From Paraspadella gotoi (taxonomy: Eukaryota; Animalia; Chaetognatha): a stretch of DNA of 64,000 nt. The position numbers and the translations under genes were made by a program. How positions within the stretch are numbered: the stretch's first letter is position 1; the number at the start of each line of letters is the position of its first letter. Below the pieces are notes generated by a model. That model ran no database searches. It was not told where the DNA came from and saw only the letters and a program-made list of their open reading frames with translations. This document shows positions 13,201 to 25,810 of this stretch, one piece after another. Location of the stretch: assembly GCA_051294375.1 (NCBI GenBank), contig CM119263.1, forward strand, positions 14,680,421 through 14,744,420. The letters are read 5' to 3'.

Positions 13201-15179
13201 AAATAAAAACCCAAGAAAGAAAATAAGCGAAAAAAGAAGAGAACAAAACAAAAAATTCGAAAGAAATGAGTGGCTTTTCTCGAAAAGAATAAAAAAANNN
13301 NNNNNNNNNNNNNNNNNNNNNNGAGAGTAGAGTATTTATTTTAATTAATAATTAAATTAAAAATATGAAAGATAAATGGCTAATATACTTGTCAAGTTTT
13401 TTTTAGTATAATTTAGTATTATTTAGCATTTGTAGTAGCTGCATATTTTGGCACATCTAAGTGCATTGCCCTGAAAACAAAAATGAATTATGTAATTAGG
13501 GAAAAGGGGCACAGGAAGAAGGACAAAAGAAGGTTTAAAGGGAAAAAAAAGATAGAACAGACCGACCAATAAGAGAGACTGATCAATAGAATTAAATTAA
13601 AGAATTAATAGTTTTAAATAATAATAATCAGCCAGTGCAAACCCAAAAGTCATTCTATGATACCTGAATTTTCTAAATCTTTTTTTCTTTATTTTAATGT
13701 CTGTTTTATTTTAATTTTATTTATTTTTTCTTGCGTTTAGAAGAGTTATTTTTTTAGCTGGTCTAGGCTTATAAGCAATCTGGACTTTATACATTCACTT
13801 AAATTTTTGGTCCATCTTATCCCAGCCCTAAAAGTACTTAAAAATTATAAACAAAATCTTTAAAATTCATGTTAGAAAACAATTTGCTTGAATCATAATT
13901 TTTTGACTTCAAATACAGTGTTAGTAAAGTATTTTTTTTGTGTTTCAAAAATGTTGTTAAAATTTTTATTTTTCTTTAATTTATGGGGATATTTCATAGG
14001 AGTACCGTATAGGAAGTCAGGGGACAGGTATTTTTGCCGCCATTCTCAAAAATTAATGTCTTTAGTGTGAATATTATTCATAATATGCTTACTACAACCG
14101 AAAATTTATAATAGCCGATTTTTAGTATAATAATATTCATAGTACGAGTTGTTAATATTATTCCTTCTACTTTTAGAATTTTATTAAAGTCTAAATTAAA
14201 ATTTTTACTTATTCTTTTTAAGGACAAAGAGATTAGAGTGAAATAAAAAGAAATGAAAGAAAGTCATATAAGAAAAATCTTGTCCTTATTCTCAGCTGTC
14301 CCTTATTCTCAATAATATTCTTTTCCTAAGTATTTTTTTTGAAGCTTTAATTCTTTCTCTCTCTTATTTCTTTTTTTTCTTCATTATAAAAATTGGTTTA
14401 AAAATATACTGTTTTGGTTAAAAAATCATGTAGAGAAACAGTCCTATTATTAGTTTTCAACGAATTTGTTTATTACTCCTAGGAGAAACAGACATAGTTT
14501 CCGGCTTTGGTTTTTAAGCCATTCTTCAGTGACAAACCCAAAGCGGCGAAACAGTGTCTGTTTTTCCAAACAGACAACTTCGTTGAGGAACTATAAACAA
14601 CTTTTGTTTTTTCATCCAATAAATCATTTACAACGTAAAAGAAATGGATTTATCTTCATAATTCGGTTTAACAAATATTTAAAAAAAGTTAAAACATTTA
14701 CATTTAAAAATAAAAAAAACTTATTTTATTTATTCATCATTTAAACATACAAATTGAAAGTTTTTTCATGATCCTTGATCTGATTAAAAAAAAAATAATA
14801 TCAATTACAAAAAATATAAATATATTTATTAATACTAAACAGCCGGCATTGCGTTAAAAGATGGCGAACAGCGGAGGCGATCCGGCCTAAAAATGAGAGG
14901 CGAACGCAATACCGGTAAGGCGAGGGGGGTCTCCCGGAGGCCGGGGACGTGGAGTAGGCGGGCGAATTTTAGCGCCTCCAGCCTATTATGCCCTGGTGAG
15001 TACTATGTACTAATATGGGATTGGATTTTGCGTATGCAGAGAGAATTGAAAAATATTAAATTTTATTTTTGATGGGATTGGTAAAAATATTCACCCTGTT
15101 TGTGATCTACTATTCAAATTTTGATTCTATCTTAATTTTTAATATTTTTTGCTACGCTTTTACTAGTCAGCTTCATTAC

Positions 15180-15810
15180 TGCACCAAATCCTTTCTGGCT
15201 CAGATTTGGCCATGAGGACAAGTTGCTGCAAACGTTTTCCAATCAGTACAAGTGTTCAGAACGTGATTGATCTGAATTTAGGTCTGACCACTAATAGTAA
15301 ATGAGGATGCCCGTCTCACCTTTTATCGAATAAGCAGGGAGCAAATCTAAATTACCAAGTCCATTTGGCCTGCTAATTCTGGCTCCAATGGACTGACAAA
15401 GATTCTTATAATAGTCAGCACGAGTAAAGGTATAAATCGAGCTACCTACTAAGCCGCACAACGGACCTGGGACAAGATTCTCTTTAAATCTTCGACACAA
15501 AATAAGAAAATCAAGTAAGTTAAATGGTGCAACATCAATAGAATCCGTTATTAAGGTAGAATGCTCCATAGGATCCATGCTACAGAGAGTTTTGTGGATA
15601 CCAAAGACATCTCCACACCGCTACAAAGTAAATACTATAAGATGTGGATGGAAATTTCTTTCTGTAAAAACAGATTTAAAACTCCTGCTTTTTTCATTAA
15701 CAAGGACGTTCTGATGCCATTTAAGCGCCTTAACCGGATCAAAAGAATAACCAAGAATCTGCCTTCCCTCGGGTGGCACACTGCATTTAAGAATTAATTG
15801 TAATCTCATT
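15180..15810 (-). mobile_element. Degraded non-LTR retrotransposon (RT C-terminal region) fragment
   Basis: Frameshifted minus-strand peptides (ILGYSFD..LKWHQNV, KKAG, RRFK, LVGS, RRHPHLLLVVRPK) follow the order of the post-RT region of CR1/L2/Jockey-type ORF2 as I recall it. No intact ORF. Confidence 0.4.
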
Positions 15811-16074
15811 AGTCATTCAAGAATTAATTTCTCTAATGGTATATTTGGTAGAAATAAGCAATAACAACAACAATACTATGTCTGGTCTTATTATTTAAAC
15901 AAATATTAGGACAGTGACACATGCAACACTATTGTTAATCATGAAATTGTTGGTTTGGCAAGGGACGTATAGACTAATTTAAAACCAAAACCCTTTTTTT
16001 ACCATTCTTTCTTTCATCTCACCAATCTTTTTTGCCTCGTAATTTTTGTTAGGAGACTGTCCTGGTCTCCTCTA

Positions 16075-16333
16075 TTTCGTGTCTCTTCATATCTTGGAGT
16101 AAACACTGAAGAGACAGTAATTTTATTTATGGTTAGTGCGGAAGAGAATTCCGTTTCAAAAATTATTGAAAAGCAGTTCCCTTTTGAGTCTAATCGGATC
16201 AGGCTGTAAACACCTGCTAGGCAGATCCACGCGGGGTGAACCCCCAGACCTTTGGGTTGGGAGGCGAATCGACTTGCCTCCGGCACCAATGGTCGCAATG
16301 AGTCGGTGTGGCTAGGATTTTTTAGTCGCACAT
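16075..16333 (-). mobile_element. tRNA-derived SINE-like element, family A, internally deleted copy
   Basis: The reverse complement shares CCATTGGTGCCGGAGGCAAGTC..TTCGCCTCCCAACCCAAAGGTC, GCCTAGCAG, TTACAGCCTGATCCGA and TTACTGTCTCTTCA with 25811-26044. The ribozyme cleavage-site segment is missing. Confidence 0.75.
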
Positions 16334-19300
16334 CTAACCAACCCAATTGGTATAGAGTTGATCAATTAAAAATATCTACTTTGGTATCTTCCCTGGACTT
16401 TTTAGATTTCAAATTGCTTTACCTTATATAAGTTCTTATGCAATGAAACATTCCAGTAAATCAATCAATGAGACTCATTCATCTAGCCCTTCCCTCCAGG
16501 CAAATACAAATTTAGGGAGCACACTCGGGATCACCAATTCTTTTTGTTGCGTTTGTAGTCGGGCATCTAGCCTGGTTTCACGCTCAGCCTATAAGCCATG
16601 AGATTTCAATATAAACAGTCCTGCACCCCGTGGCTCATTGAGTAAGTGCAATTCATGCTTTCAATCCGACCACTAGTTACCAAAAATTGAAAATCCTTAC
16701 AAAACCGACAGAATTAAGCACATTTGCAGTGACGCCACGAAATTTATGGCAAAAATTTGAGAGGGGCTAATTGGACATTTAAGGCGTAGAAATTTCAAAA
16801 TTTTACTTTAATTAAAAGATTTAAACGTGAGAACGAACATATTACTAACTATGGGTATCACAATCCTGACCACACGGTACTTTAATTGTTAATTTTAATT
16901 AATTAATTTTATTAATTAACTTGTTTTTTTCTCTAATTTATTTTTTTTTACCTTAGACATTATCTAATCTTTGTTTGTTTGTTTTTGATGATATGTACTG
17001 ATCACATACCGACTGCGGGAAGCGTGAGGACGGCCGTAAAGCTGCTTTGGCGGCAATGGCAAACACTGCAAGCCCAGGGACCGTCCATGGCTGCTAGAGG
17101 GGTTATAGAAGTTACGTGACAGTCCATCTTCAGCCCATGTAGGCTCTTATCCACTAGTCTTAAACCTAAAAAATATTTTAAACATTTTGAGGTTAAACCC
17201 ATCTGTCATATGTCAAATATATATTTCCATCTCTCTTTGCTTCTATTCGGCTTTCTTTCTCGTGGCGTTCAAGTATCAACAGAGTTGTGGTACCTCTTTC
17301 TAGACTATTTCAGTGCATGAAAATTTAATAGGAACCCAAGTAAGCAATGAACATTTCGTATTACCATCAGAAAAATGGACAGCAAGAACAGATATTCTCA
17401 CCTCAAGATACAGATCTGTCACTAATTTAATTTACATTTTGCCTTCTGTTTTTGATATTGATTGAATTATCACAAATTATTAATTTATTTTTTTATTTGT
17501 CAAATACTCTATATATATAATGATATAACATAATCTCCATTTAGTTATTAAAAAAACATTTTTGGGAAAAAAACTTTCAAAATACTGGTATGCAAGCATA
17601 TTGATTAAAAGAGAACCAAAATTTTTTTCAAAACTATAAAAAACACGGTAAATCCAAAATAGTAAAATATAAAAAATAAAATCCAATTGCGGATCCCAGA
17701 TTTACTTTTCCTAAAATTTCGTTTGTTTCCAAATTTTATCGTTTTTTGGCACTTTTTTTTCATGGGCAGCTTCTCAAAAAATGTTCTGAGAGTGGATCCT
17801 TGTCACGAAAGCTCATTGCCGAAATTTTAAGAAAATTTTAAAAATTTGCATTCAGAAGAAATCCTCTCCTGAGGTAAAGTAAAAGACCAAAAACTCAAGT
17901 TAATGCATTCAACCCGTCATTCCATATACTTAGCATGACATTTGCGAGTATCCATTTTGCAATCAGTTTTGTTTTCATAGGAAAATAAAACCTTTAACAA
18001 GATTGAATATTTTTTTTCTAAATTTTAATTGACTTAAATTCACAAACGATTTGTAGAATAGGAGAAAAAAGCATACTACCAATTGTAGATCCAATGATTA
18101 AAATTATCTAATACCAAGTCTTACAAGCCTAATCTTTATTGTTGAGAAGAGACGACCTTTTTTGAAAATTTTCACCTTTAGAAGGCTATATCTCAAAAAG
18201 TTGATATCTAGAAAAATTTTGGATTGGTGCATCTTGTACCCCGGAAGAATGGAATCAATGACCATCGGGACGAACATTCTTTTCTTTTTAAATTTTTTTT
18301 TCAAGATCCCATGAACAGACTCACCGTTAAATTAACGTGTTTCATATGCTAATGAGATTAAATTATTCCTCTTTAATAAAAAATTTAGGAAAGTGGATAG
18401 AGAAATGTAGGTTGAAGAAATGAGAAAGGGGAAAATCGGGGAAGAGAAAAGTGGGAGAAGAGATACAGTCAAAAAAGAACAGGTGTCAAAAGTTAACTTT
18501 TATTACTCTAAATATAATATATAATATATATAATATTATATAGTATTTCCCGCATCTAATACTTAAGGGAGTGTCTTTTCATACATTGATACACAATTCT
18601 TTGAAACATTATACCACTTCACTTGATAAGGAAGCCAGGTACTCTGGAGTGAATAAACGAGACTGGAGAGAGTCTTGAATTGAAAGCTTGCAGGGACTTT
18701 GCTATGTCATAACATCTGTAAGAGTGATGGAGGCCTTAAACCACAGAAACCTGTCCAAAGTCATGGGCAAAATAGCTTATTTATTAAATGAATGGATAAT
18801 TTTTATATCGTTGTACCAATTTCATATAAATCACCAAGAAATTCAACTTCCGCTCTTACCTTAATTTTTAATACCAAAAAGAAAAATGAGGGCGATTGAA
18901 CTCTTTGCTTTTTGAATATTTGATCAAAGCAAGCAAAAATAGACTGGTTTTAAATCTTTGAAAAGGAATCAAGTGACTAAACGAGAAAGCGTGTGTCACT
19001 TTTTTTGTGCACTTAGGGGGCGGCAGGTGTTCGTGCGGTGGCGGGCGGTGGCAGCGAGCGGTAGAGGCGGTGGCGGCGGAAGTCGGCGAGGTGGCGACCC
19101 CAGAACAATCCATCATGCAAAGGGCCCACATAGTTTGCCAATCTTTTAATTCGTAAGTTTAGGTTGTTGCGGGTTTCTCAACACCCCAAGTTGTTCCAGG
19201 TTCATCCAAGCGATCGACCCGACTCGTAGCAGAAGGAGTCTCTTCCCTTCTTATTTTTATTTTTTTTTTAATACTTTGCGCTTAAATATTAAATAATTAC

Positions 19301-19390
19301 GTACTATTGAACTCAGCCTACGTCTTTTTCATTTCGTCGTATATTGTGTTATTATATTGGGGAACCCCACACCTTCTTTCCTCGCCTTAC

Positions 19391-19651
19391 ATCGGCGTAA
19401 AGTAGGAACGCTCGTTAGCCGAATGCCTTTCCGTAGAACATGTAGCACCCGTTGTAGATCTTGTCGTTTTGATACTGCTTGGGGATGGCGTGTTTGAGGA
19501 AGCAGATCTCCAGATTCCCGTGTTGGTCACCGTGTTCCCGGAGAGCTCCCGTCGCTGGATTCCAGTAAGGCGAGGCCATGGCCAAGCAGGCGCTGAAGAT
19601 GGCAATGACGAGACGACGGCGATGGCGACGCCCAATGGTTGTCGTCGTCTT
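19391..19651 (-). pseudogene. Inverted, frameshifted copy of claudin-1 coding exon 1 (probably an artefact)
   Basis: Same sequence as 25184-25451 split across frames (AVKTTT.., VIAIFSACLAMASPYW, QRRELSGNTVTNTGIW, EICFLKHAIPKQYQNDKIYNGCYMFYGKAF, ANERSYFTP). No downstream exons on this strand. Confidence 0.6.
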
Positions 19652-20667
19652 GACCGCATGTCGTCGGGAATTGAATGGGATGAGATAGCGGAGACCGGAT
19701 CGAGGTCGTGGCAACGATGCAGCTTTTTCGCCAGGTGCGAGTTGGCGTCGTGAATGTCGCCGCGAGACACGACACACTCCCGAGACGTACGAGCGAGAGT
19801 GAAGAGACGGAATGAAAAGAGCGAGAGGAATTCGCTCGGGATGGAATCTTCGTGGAACCAAGTTTGGATTACGAGGCAGACAAATCGGGGAAGAAGCGAT
19901 CGCGTGTCTAAAAATACCTTTTTATTTTTTTATGGAGTACAGTTGAATGAAAAACTGGATTCTCTTCTCTCGATATCCAGAAGTTGCCAGGAGGTGACTC
20001 ACCTTCTTTTCCGTTGTCGTTGCCGCAGCGGACTGACACTTACCTGCGACAGCAGCAATCTCTCGCAGTCGCAGCGGCTGTCGGCTTTTGCAGCAGCTCC
20101 TTGGGTGAGGCCAATGTGTTGAAACAGGTAGTTGACGGATTAAGAGAGAGAGGAAGAACGAAACAAAAGATCTTTGCGATGATGATATTGCATTAAAGTT
20201 TAGCGGTTTAAAGAACAGGTATTTTTCATATTCATTTAATTCCACTAGGTTAGAATAATTGACTAATTCTTTCAAAAAATCATATTCATTTCAGCTTCAA
20301 TTGATCCCTCAAAGACGAAAAAAAATTACGTCGTTTACTATCCATTGTACAATATACATCATTACATGAACCATGATTAAAAAAAAAACAATTTAAAGAA
20401 TCATTTATTCATAAAGTCATTATTGTTATCAATTTATTATTTCAGCCAGGTAATAATAGATAGAAAGAACTATGTATTGACATGGATAAAGAAAATGGAG
20501 AGAGAGAGAGAGATAGAGAGAGACAGAGAAGAGAAAAGAATTAGAGAGACAGATAAATAAAGAAAAAAATCTGTATAATTTTTTTTTTAAAAATCCATAT
20601 ACTACAATCCAGAAAATGACAAATACTCGGGAACACTCCCTCCCAACCAACAGCGGTCCAGCGTCCA

Positions 20668-20863
20668 TCACTTCTTGGGCTTCTTCCCGTCGGATTTTTT
20701 GGTTTGATACTGCGCCTGCGTCCCAGTACCGGCGGCCCCGGATGTGCTGCCCATGTCTCGCTTCACTATGCCCTTCATCACTTTGTGGCGCAACTCGCCG
20801 GAAGTGAGGGGACGTGCGAAGTCGTCCAGTTGCTCCGCTTCCTCGTCCGAGGCGTATTCGTCC
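20668..20863 (-). CDS. Inverted duplicate of the CCDC63/ODAD1-like terminal exon
   Basis: Reverse complement of 23984-24179 with the same TTTGCAG acceptor and TGA stop; part of the inverted duplication. Confidence 0.4.
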
Positions 20864-21023
20864 CTGCAAAGGGAAAGGGGGGAGCGGGAGATGGCAGAAA
20901 AGAGGGTGGAATAAGAAGGAGTCGATAGGGGGGAAGGCCGAAGAACGGGTACAGATGGGGATAAGGAATACGAAGGATAAATAAAAGTTTTTTCCCAGCG
21001 ACAGTTCGGAAAATTATAGCTGC

Positions 21024-21077
<54 letters not shown>

Positions 21078-21382
21078 ATATCATATAACTTATAACTAAC
21101 CTTAACGGAATACAAACTTCCGACCGACCAATTGGGGACGAACCTTCTTTCCCCTATTTTCCCCTAAAAAAAAAAGAAATTTTAAAAAGAAGGCATTTAA
21201 ACTTGAAACGAGTCCTTGAGATTTCCCGACTCTTTTTTTATTATTAAATAAGAAAAAACGCAGGTTTCTTTCCAATTTTTTTTTCTGGTGAGAGAAACCA
21301 GAGAGTCACATCTGCTGCCGCGCGCCGATTCCCTTCGCGAAACATCAAGCACAGAGGTTTTTTTCAAATGATATTTGAAGGC

Positions 21383-21472
<90 letters not shown>

Positions 21473-22375
21473 CTGGATAGGGGATATAAATAGGGAAAGG
21501 TCGAGAAAGGAGGAAATACTAGAGAAATCAAGAAAAATGAAAGTAGGAAGAAAGAAAGCGAGAAAGGAAGTGAGGGAAGGACTTTAGGAATGGAAGGAAG
21601 AAAATTGAAGAGAAAGAAAAAAAAGAAAGAAGGAAGGAAGTAAGGAGGAAAGGAAGTGAGTAAAATACTGAAGGAATTTAATAAAAAATAGAGAAAGAAA
21701 GACAGAGAATACAAGGGAGAAAAGACATCTTCTTTTTTTTCAAAGCTCAGTAGGTGAAGGGAAAAAAATAATGAAGAGTCATAGTGCATGAAGCGTGGCT
21801 AAGGACGTGGAAAGGCTAAAAAAAGGAAGATTATGGGGTCGGGTGGTTATGAGGAAAATGAGGAAAAACGTGAAAGCGAGAGAGCGAGAGAGCGAGAGAG
21901 ACGAAGAGAATGAATGATGAATTGTCCGCGTTCCTTTTCCCCCCTCAAAAACAAAAAAATAAAAAATTCCGGGACCACGTCTGAGAAATAACCTTCGCTT
22001 CGTTAGGCTCCATACAACTTATAGGACCGTTTAAAAGGACCGAAAATGCTGAGCGGAATGGGTGAGGGCTCAGGAATCAATTTTCACCGAATAAATACTC
22101 AATATTCATTTTCATGCAATAAGAAATACTGTGCAAGATATCCATTTTATAGGAACGCACCAAAAAAAATTAAACAAAAAACAAAACAAAAAATACTAAA
22201 AAAAACGCAACCAAACGAGGAAACTAAGCCGCAAAATTGCAATGCTTCTCTTAAAAGCCTCTCGAAATAGAACAAAATAAAACCCAGCGTCTTTCTTTTT
22301 TTTTTTTCTCTCTTCTTTTGTTCTTCTCTCCTCCCGCTCCGAAACACGTTCGAATCTATTGATTTCTCGACTGAA

Positions 22376-22474
<99 letters not shown>

Positions 22475-23631
22475 CCCGTGATTCTTTTTTATTGCGCCAT
22501 TCGCTCCGCGCATCGTGGTCGCGCGCACGTTTTCCGCTTAAAAAAAAGAAAGACGCTGGGTATTTATGTTCTATTTCGAGAGGCTTTAAGAGAAGCATTG
22601 CAATTTGCGCTTATTTCCTCGTTTGGTTGCGTTTTTTTTTAGTATTTTTTGTTTTGTTTTTTGTTTAATTTTTTTTGGTGCGTTCCTATAAAATGGATAT
22701 CTTGCACAGTATTTCTTATTGCATGAAAATGAATATTGAGTATTTATTCGGTGAAAATTGATTCCCTGAGCCCTCACCCATTCCGCTCAGCATTTTCGGT
22801 CCTTTTAAACGGTCCTAAAAGTTGTATGGGAGCCTAACGAAGCGAAGGTTATTTCTCAGACGTGGTCCCGGAATTTTTTTTTTTTTCTTGTTTGAGGGGG
22901 GAAAAAGGAACGCGGACAATTCATCATTCATTCTCTTCTGTCTCTCTCGCTCTCTCGCTCTCTCGCTTTCACGTTTTTCCTCACTTTTCCTCATAACCAC
23001 CCGACCCCATAATCTTCCCTTTTTTAGCCTTTCCACGTCCTTAGCCACGCTTCATGCACTATGACTCTTCATTATTTTTTCCCCTTCACCTACTGAGCTT
23101 TGAAAAAAAAAGAAGATGTCTTTTCTCCCTTGTATTCTCTGTCTTTCTTTCTCTATTCTTTTTATTAAATTCCTTCAGTATTTACTCACTTCCTTTCCTC
23201 CTTACTTCCTTCCTTTCTTTCTTTTTTTTCCTTTCTCTTCATTTTTCTTCCTTCCATTCCTAAAGTCCTTCCTTCCNNNNNNNNNNNNNNNNNNNNNNNN
23301 NNNNNNNNNNNNNNNNNNNNNNNNNNNNNNNNNNNNNNNNNNNNNNNNNNNNNNNNNNNNNNNNNNNNNNNNNNNNNNNNNNNNNNNNNNNNNNNNNNNN
23401 NNNNNNNNNNNNNNNNNNNNNNNNNNNNNNNNNNNNNNNNNNNNNNNNNNNNNNNNNNNNNNNNNNNNNNNNNNNNNNNNNNNNNNNNNNNNNNNNNNNN
23501 NNNNNNNNGGCAGCAGATGTGACTCTCTGGTTTCTCTCACCAGAAAAAAAAATTGGAAAGAAACCTGCGTTTTTTTTCTTATTTAATAATAAAAAAGGCG
23601 GAAGTTCATATATAGTTAGAACAGTGATGAT

Positions 23632-23716
<85 letters not shown>

Positions 23717-23983
23717 AGCTATAATTTTCCGAAACTGCTCGCTGGGAAAAAACTTTTTTATAAGTCCTATCCATATCTCTTATCGATTAATCTGTCCGTT
23801 CTCGGGCCTTCCCCCGGCTATCCGACTCCTTCTAATTCCACCNNNNNNNNNNNNNNNNNNNNNNNNNNNNNNNNNNNNNNNNNNNNNNNNNNNNNNNNNN
23901 NNNNNNNNNNNNNNNNNNNNNNNNNNNNNNNNNNNNNNNNCCTCTTTTCTGCCATCTCCCGCTCCCCCCTTTCCCCTTTGCAG

Positions 23984-24179
23984 GGACGAATACGCCTCGG
24001 ACGAGGAAGCGGAGCAACTGGACGACTTCGCACGTCCCCTCACTTCCGGCGAGTTGCGCCACAAAGTGATGAAGGGCATAGTGAAGCGAGACATGGGCAG
24101 CACATCCGGGGCCGCCGGTACTGGGACGCAGGCGCAGTATCAAACCAAAAAATCCGACGGGAAGAAGCCCAAGAAGTGA
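23984..24179 (+). CDS. Terminal coding exon, CCDC63/ODAD1 (outer dynein arm docking complex DC2)-like
   Basis: Pyrimidine tract plus TTTGCAG acceptor, phase 2. Reads DEYASDEEAEQLDDFARPLTSGELRHKVMKGIVKRDMGSTSGAAGTGTQAQYQTKKSDGKKPKK*. The acidic stretch plus RPLTxxEL++K+MKG matches my recollection of DC2-family C-termini. AATAAA at about 24437. Confidence 0.6.
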
Positions 24180-24719
24180 TGGACGCTGGACCGCTGTTGG
24201 TTGGGAGGGAGTGTTCCCGAGTATTTGTCATTTTCTGGATTGTAGTATATGGATTTTTAAAAAAAAATTATACAGATTTTTTTCTTTATTTATCTGTCTC
24301 TCTAATTCTTTCTCTCTCTCTGTCTCTCTCTATCTCTCTCTCTCTCTCCATTTTCTTTATCCATGTCAATACTATAGTTCTTTCTATCTATTAATTACCT
24401 GGCTGAAATAATAATTGATAACAATATGACTTTATGAATAAATGATTCATTTAAATTGTTTTTTTTTAATCATGGTTCATGTAATGATGTATATTGTATA
24501 ATGGATAGTTAACGACGTAATTTTTTTTTCGTCTTTGAGGGATCAATTGAAGCTGAAATGAAAATATGGTTTTTGAAAGAATTAGTCAGTTATTCTAAAC
24601 CTAGTGGAATTAAATTAATATGAAAAATACCTGTTCTTTAAATCCGCTAAACTTTTAATGCAATATCATCATCGCAAAGATCTTTTGTTCGTTCTCCTCT
24701 CTCTCTTAATCCGTCAACT

Positions 24720-24803
24720 ACCTGTTTCAACACATTGGCCTCACCCAAGGAGCTGCTGCAAACCCGACAGCCGCTGCGACTGCGGAGATCGCTGCTGTCG
24801 CAG
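24720..24803 (+). other. Candidate 5' non-coding exon of claudin 1
   Basis: GC-richer stretch ending in a consensus donor CAG|GTAAGT (24804), with an alternative AAG|GTGAGT at 24844, about 380 bp upstream of the ATG. The start is approximate. Confidence 0.35.
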
Positions 24804-25183
24804 GTAAGTGTCAGTCCGCTGCGCAACGACAACGGAAAAGAAGGTGAGTCACCTCCTGGCAACTTCTGGATATCGAGAGAAGAGAATCCAGTTTTTCATT
24901 CAACTGTACTCCATAAAAAAATAAAAAGGTATTTTTAGACACGCGATCGCATTCTTCCCCGATTTTCTGCCTCGTAATCCAAACTTGGTTCCACGAAGAT
25001 TCCATCCCGAGCGAATTCCTCTCGCTCTTTTCATTCCGTCTTCTTCTACGCTCGCGTACGTCTCGGGAGTGTGTCGTGTCTCGCGGCGACATTCACGACG
25101 CCACTCGCACCTGGCGAAAAAGCTCATCGTTGCCCGACCTCGATCCGGTCTCCCGCTACTCATCCCATTCAATTCCCGACGAC

Positions 25184-25451
25184 ATGGCGGTCAAGACGAC
25201 GACAACCATGGGCGTCGCCATCGCCGTCGTCGTCGTCATTGCCATCTTCAGCGCCTGCTTGGCCATGGCCTCGCCCTACTGGATCCAGCGACGGGAGCTC
25301 TCCGGGAACACGGTGACCAACACGGGAATCTGGGAGATCTGCTTCCTCAAACACGCCATCCCCAAGCAGTATCAAAACGACAAGATCTACAACGGGTGCT
25401 ACATGTTCTACGGAAAGGCATTCGCTAACGAGCGTTCCTACTTTACGCCGT
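25184..25451 (+). CDS. Invertebrate claudin 1 (PMP22/claudin family), coding exon 1: TM1 and ECL1
   Basis: MAVKTTTTMGVAIAVVVVIAIFSACLAMASPYWIQRRELSGNTVTNTGIWEICFLKHAIPKQYQNDKIYNGCYMFYGKAFANERSYFTP carries the W-GIW-C-C claudin signature. Phase-1 donor GTAAGG at 25452. Confidence 0.9.
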
Positions 25452-25590
25452 GTAAGGGCGAGGGAAAGAGAGTGGGTGGATAATACGGTTGGATTAATGG
25501 AGTCATTCTCCCAATCTATATTTACATAGAATTAAACGAAAGTTTGATGTCACAACTTAAATAAACAACCCCCTCTCGCTCTCTGGACAG

Positions 25591-25740
25591 GGTGGCTCAT
25601 CGGCTGTCAGGTTGCCATGACAATGGGATTTTTGGGAACGATCCTCTCCGGCATCCTTCTCCTGGTCTACTTTCTCTGCATCGCCAAGAAGAATTATTGG
25701 CACGTTCTCACCGCACTCGCCATTGTGCTTTTCCCGACTG
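25591..25740 (+). CDS. Claudin 1 exon 2: TM2 to the start of TM3
   Basis: CAG acceptor, 150 nt, phase 1-1: (W)WLIGCQVAMTMGFLGTILSGILLLVYFLCIAKKNYWHVLTALAIVLFPT(G). Donor GTAAGT. Confidence 0.9.
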
Positions 25741-25810
25741 GTAAGTAAAAAATTTCTCTGCAACTGCAGCTGTGACAGCTACCTAATTTTTTTGTTATTA
25801 AATCGGTAAG

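Larger units (their letters stand above)
19365..25479. repeat. About 2.9-kb inverted duplication (arms about 19365-22303 and 22540-25479, spacer about 235 bp)
   Basis: 22540 AAAAAAAGAAAGACGCTGGG is the reverse complement of 22284-22303. Both exons in the right arm reappear on the minus strand in the left arm. Confidence 0.9.

Noticed and set aside
16060-16120. Hammerhead-like UGAAGA-GACAC-GAAA at the 3' end of the 16 kb SINE copy (minus strand)
   Set aside because: The core lacks the invariant C of CUGA, there is no convincing stem I/III, and a simple hairpin explains the sequence.
18565-18770. Possible LINE fragment
   Set aside because: Too short and degraded to show any diagnostic motif.
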